A DNA stretch of 61,348 nucleotides, filler included. It is 5 parts of 5 records of this genome, joined end to end, with 100 filler letters (N's around TTAATTAATTAA, not from the genome) between each part and the next. Parts side by side here need not be neighbours in the genome. Positions count along the whole stretch, not along the records: positions 52,224 to 61,348 come from SRR31156797_24068; 4 more parts are not named here. One strand, given 5' to 3'. Positions 60,443-61,348 of the stretch are shown here, in pieces. Numbering within the stretch: position 1 is the first letter of the stretch; every line of letters starts with the position of its first letter. A model generated the notes under the pieces. The model ran no database searches and was not told the DNA's origin. It saw only the letters and a list, made by a program, of their open reading frames with translations. The translations under genes were made by a program, and so were the position numbers.

Positions 60443-61348
60443 ATGATATTTTTAGCTAGTCAGGGTGCAGTAATTGCTACCAGTGTGGTAGTTTTCTTAC
60501 TTGTTGTCCTACTGTTGGTGTCTATTCTTTTGTATGCAAAACAAAAGCTTACACCATCAGGAACCGTTACTATTGACATTAATGATGGCGATCAGGCTTT
60601 GGAGGTTTCTCCGGGGCAAACGTTGTTATCTGCATTAGGAAATAATAAAATCTTTCTTCCTTCAGCATGTGGAGGTGGTGGTACATGTGCCATGTGTCGC
60701 TGTCAGGTGAACGAAGGTGCAGGTTCCATTTTACCTACTGAAACAGGTTATTTTACTCGTAAAGAGCAAGCCAATAACTGGCGTTTAGCTTGTCAGGTGA
60801 AGGTAAAAGAAGATATGAAGATGGAAATTCCTCAGGAAGTTCTTGGTATTAAGAAGTGGGAATGTACCGTTGTTTCTAACGATAACGTAGCTACTTACAT
60901 CAAAGAGTTTGTGGTGAAGTTACCTGAAGGTGAAATCTTAGATTTTAAATCAGGAGGTTATATCCAGATTGATGTACCTAAGATCACAGTAGACTTTAAA
61001 GATATGATTATCGGAGAAGAGTATCGTGATGAGTACGAAAAGTATGGTATTTTCGATCTTCAAATGGTTAACCCGGAGCCTACTTACAGAGCCTACTCAA
61101 TGGCTAACCACCCTGCAGAAGGTAATATTGTAATGCTAAACATCCGTATTGCAACTCCTCCTTTTGACAGAGTAAATGGTGGATTTATGAAAGTGAATCC
61201 TGGAGTTTGTTCTTCATTTATTTTCTCTCGTAAGCCAGGTGATAAAGTTACTGTTTCAGGACCTTATGGAGAATTCTTTATTAAGGATACCGATAATGAG
61301 ATGATGTTTATTGGTGGAGGTGCTGGTATGGCTCCAATGCGTTCTCAC
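60443..61348 (+). CDS. nqrF: Na(+)-NQR subunit F, 3' truncated by window edge
   Basis: Absent from ORF track; TM anchor, SACGGGGTCAMCRC, RLACQVKV, RAYSMAN, GGGAGMAPMRSH. Confidence 0.96.
   Translation, partial: MIFLASQGAVIATSVVVFLLVVLLLVSILLYAKQKLTPSGTVTIDINDGDQALEVSPGQTLLSALGNNKIFLPSACGGGGTCAMCRCQVNEGAGSILPTETGYFTRKEQANNWRLACQVKVKEDMKMEIPQEVLGIKKWECTVVSNDNVATYIKEFVVKLPEGEILDFKSGGYIQIDVPKITVDFKDMIIGEEYRDEYEKYGIFDLQMVNPEPTYRAYSMANHPAEGNIVMLNIRIATPPFDRVNGGFMKVNPGVCSSFIFSRKPGDKVTVSGPYGEFFIKDTDNEMMFIGGGAGMAPMRSH

Noticed and set aside
55843-61348. nqrABCDEF and neighbours as a novel system
   Set aside because: Standard Bacteroidota Na+-NQR operon; nothing unusual seen

Overview
This window is not one locus. 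It joins five unrelated contigs with artificial N44-TTAATTAATTAA-N44 spacers, so gene order across spacers means nothing. (A) 1-7907: methanogenic archaeon, Methanosarcinaceae-like, with an RHH/repeat protein, a divergent Zn-ribbon thymidylate synthase homologue, mtxX, RFC large subunit, Sua5 and an AI-2E pseudogene. (B) 8008-15424: AT-rich bacterium, possibly Fusobacteriota, with the pyk 3' end, recR, an HTH-TPR regulator, ndk, CBS, CorC/HlyC, DUF502 and a TPR lipoprotein. (C) 15525-42843: Desulfobacterota-like bacterium, with the tuf end, the S10-spc-alpha ribosomal cluster, pyrBC, a sigma-54 response regulator, a B12 radical SAM protein and cimA-leuA-leuCD-ilvB. (D) 42944-52123: probably another Methanosarcinaceae contig, with ABC-2 permeases, TetR, a class-III aminotransferase, two back-to-back pseudogenes, a protease-rimK-deacylase cassette, and J-domain and TPR proteins. 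(E) 52224-61348: Bacteroidota, with pruA, DUF5103 and nqrA-F. Taxonomy is inferred from gene content only. The best signals missing from the ORF track are four. (1) Two paralogous TATA-preceded hairpin small-RNA candidates in contig A share an identical C-rich 25-mer. (2) A ~400-bp non-coding element with terminal inverted repeats occurs in both archaeal contigs, each time ~20 bp downstream of a stop codon. (3) A complete Ile/Val/Leu leader-peptide attenuator precedes cimA-leuA-leuCD-ilvB. (4) ilvB probably starts at AUU. All alignments and pairings were done by eye.
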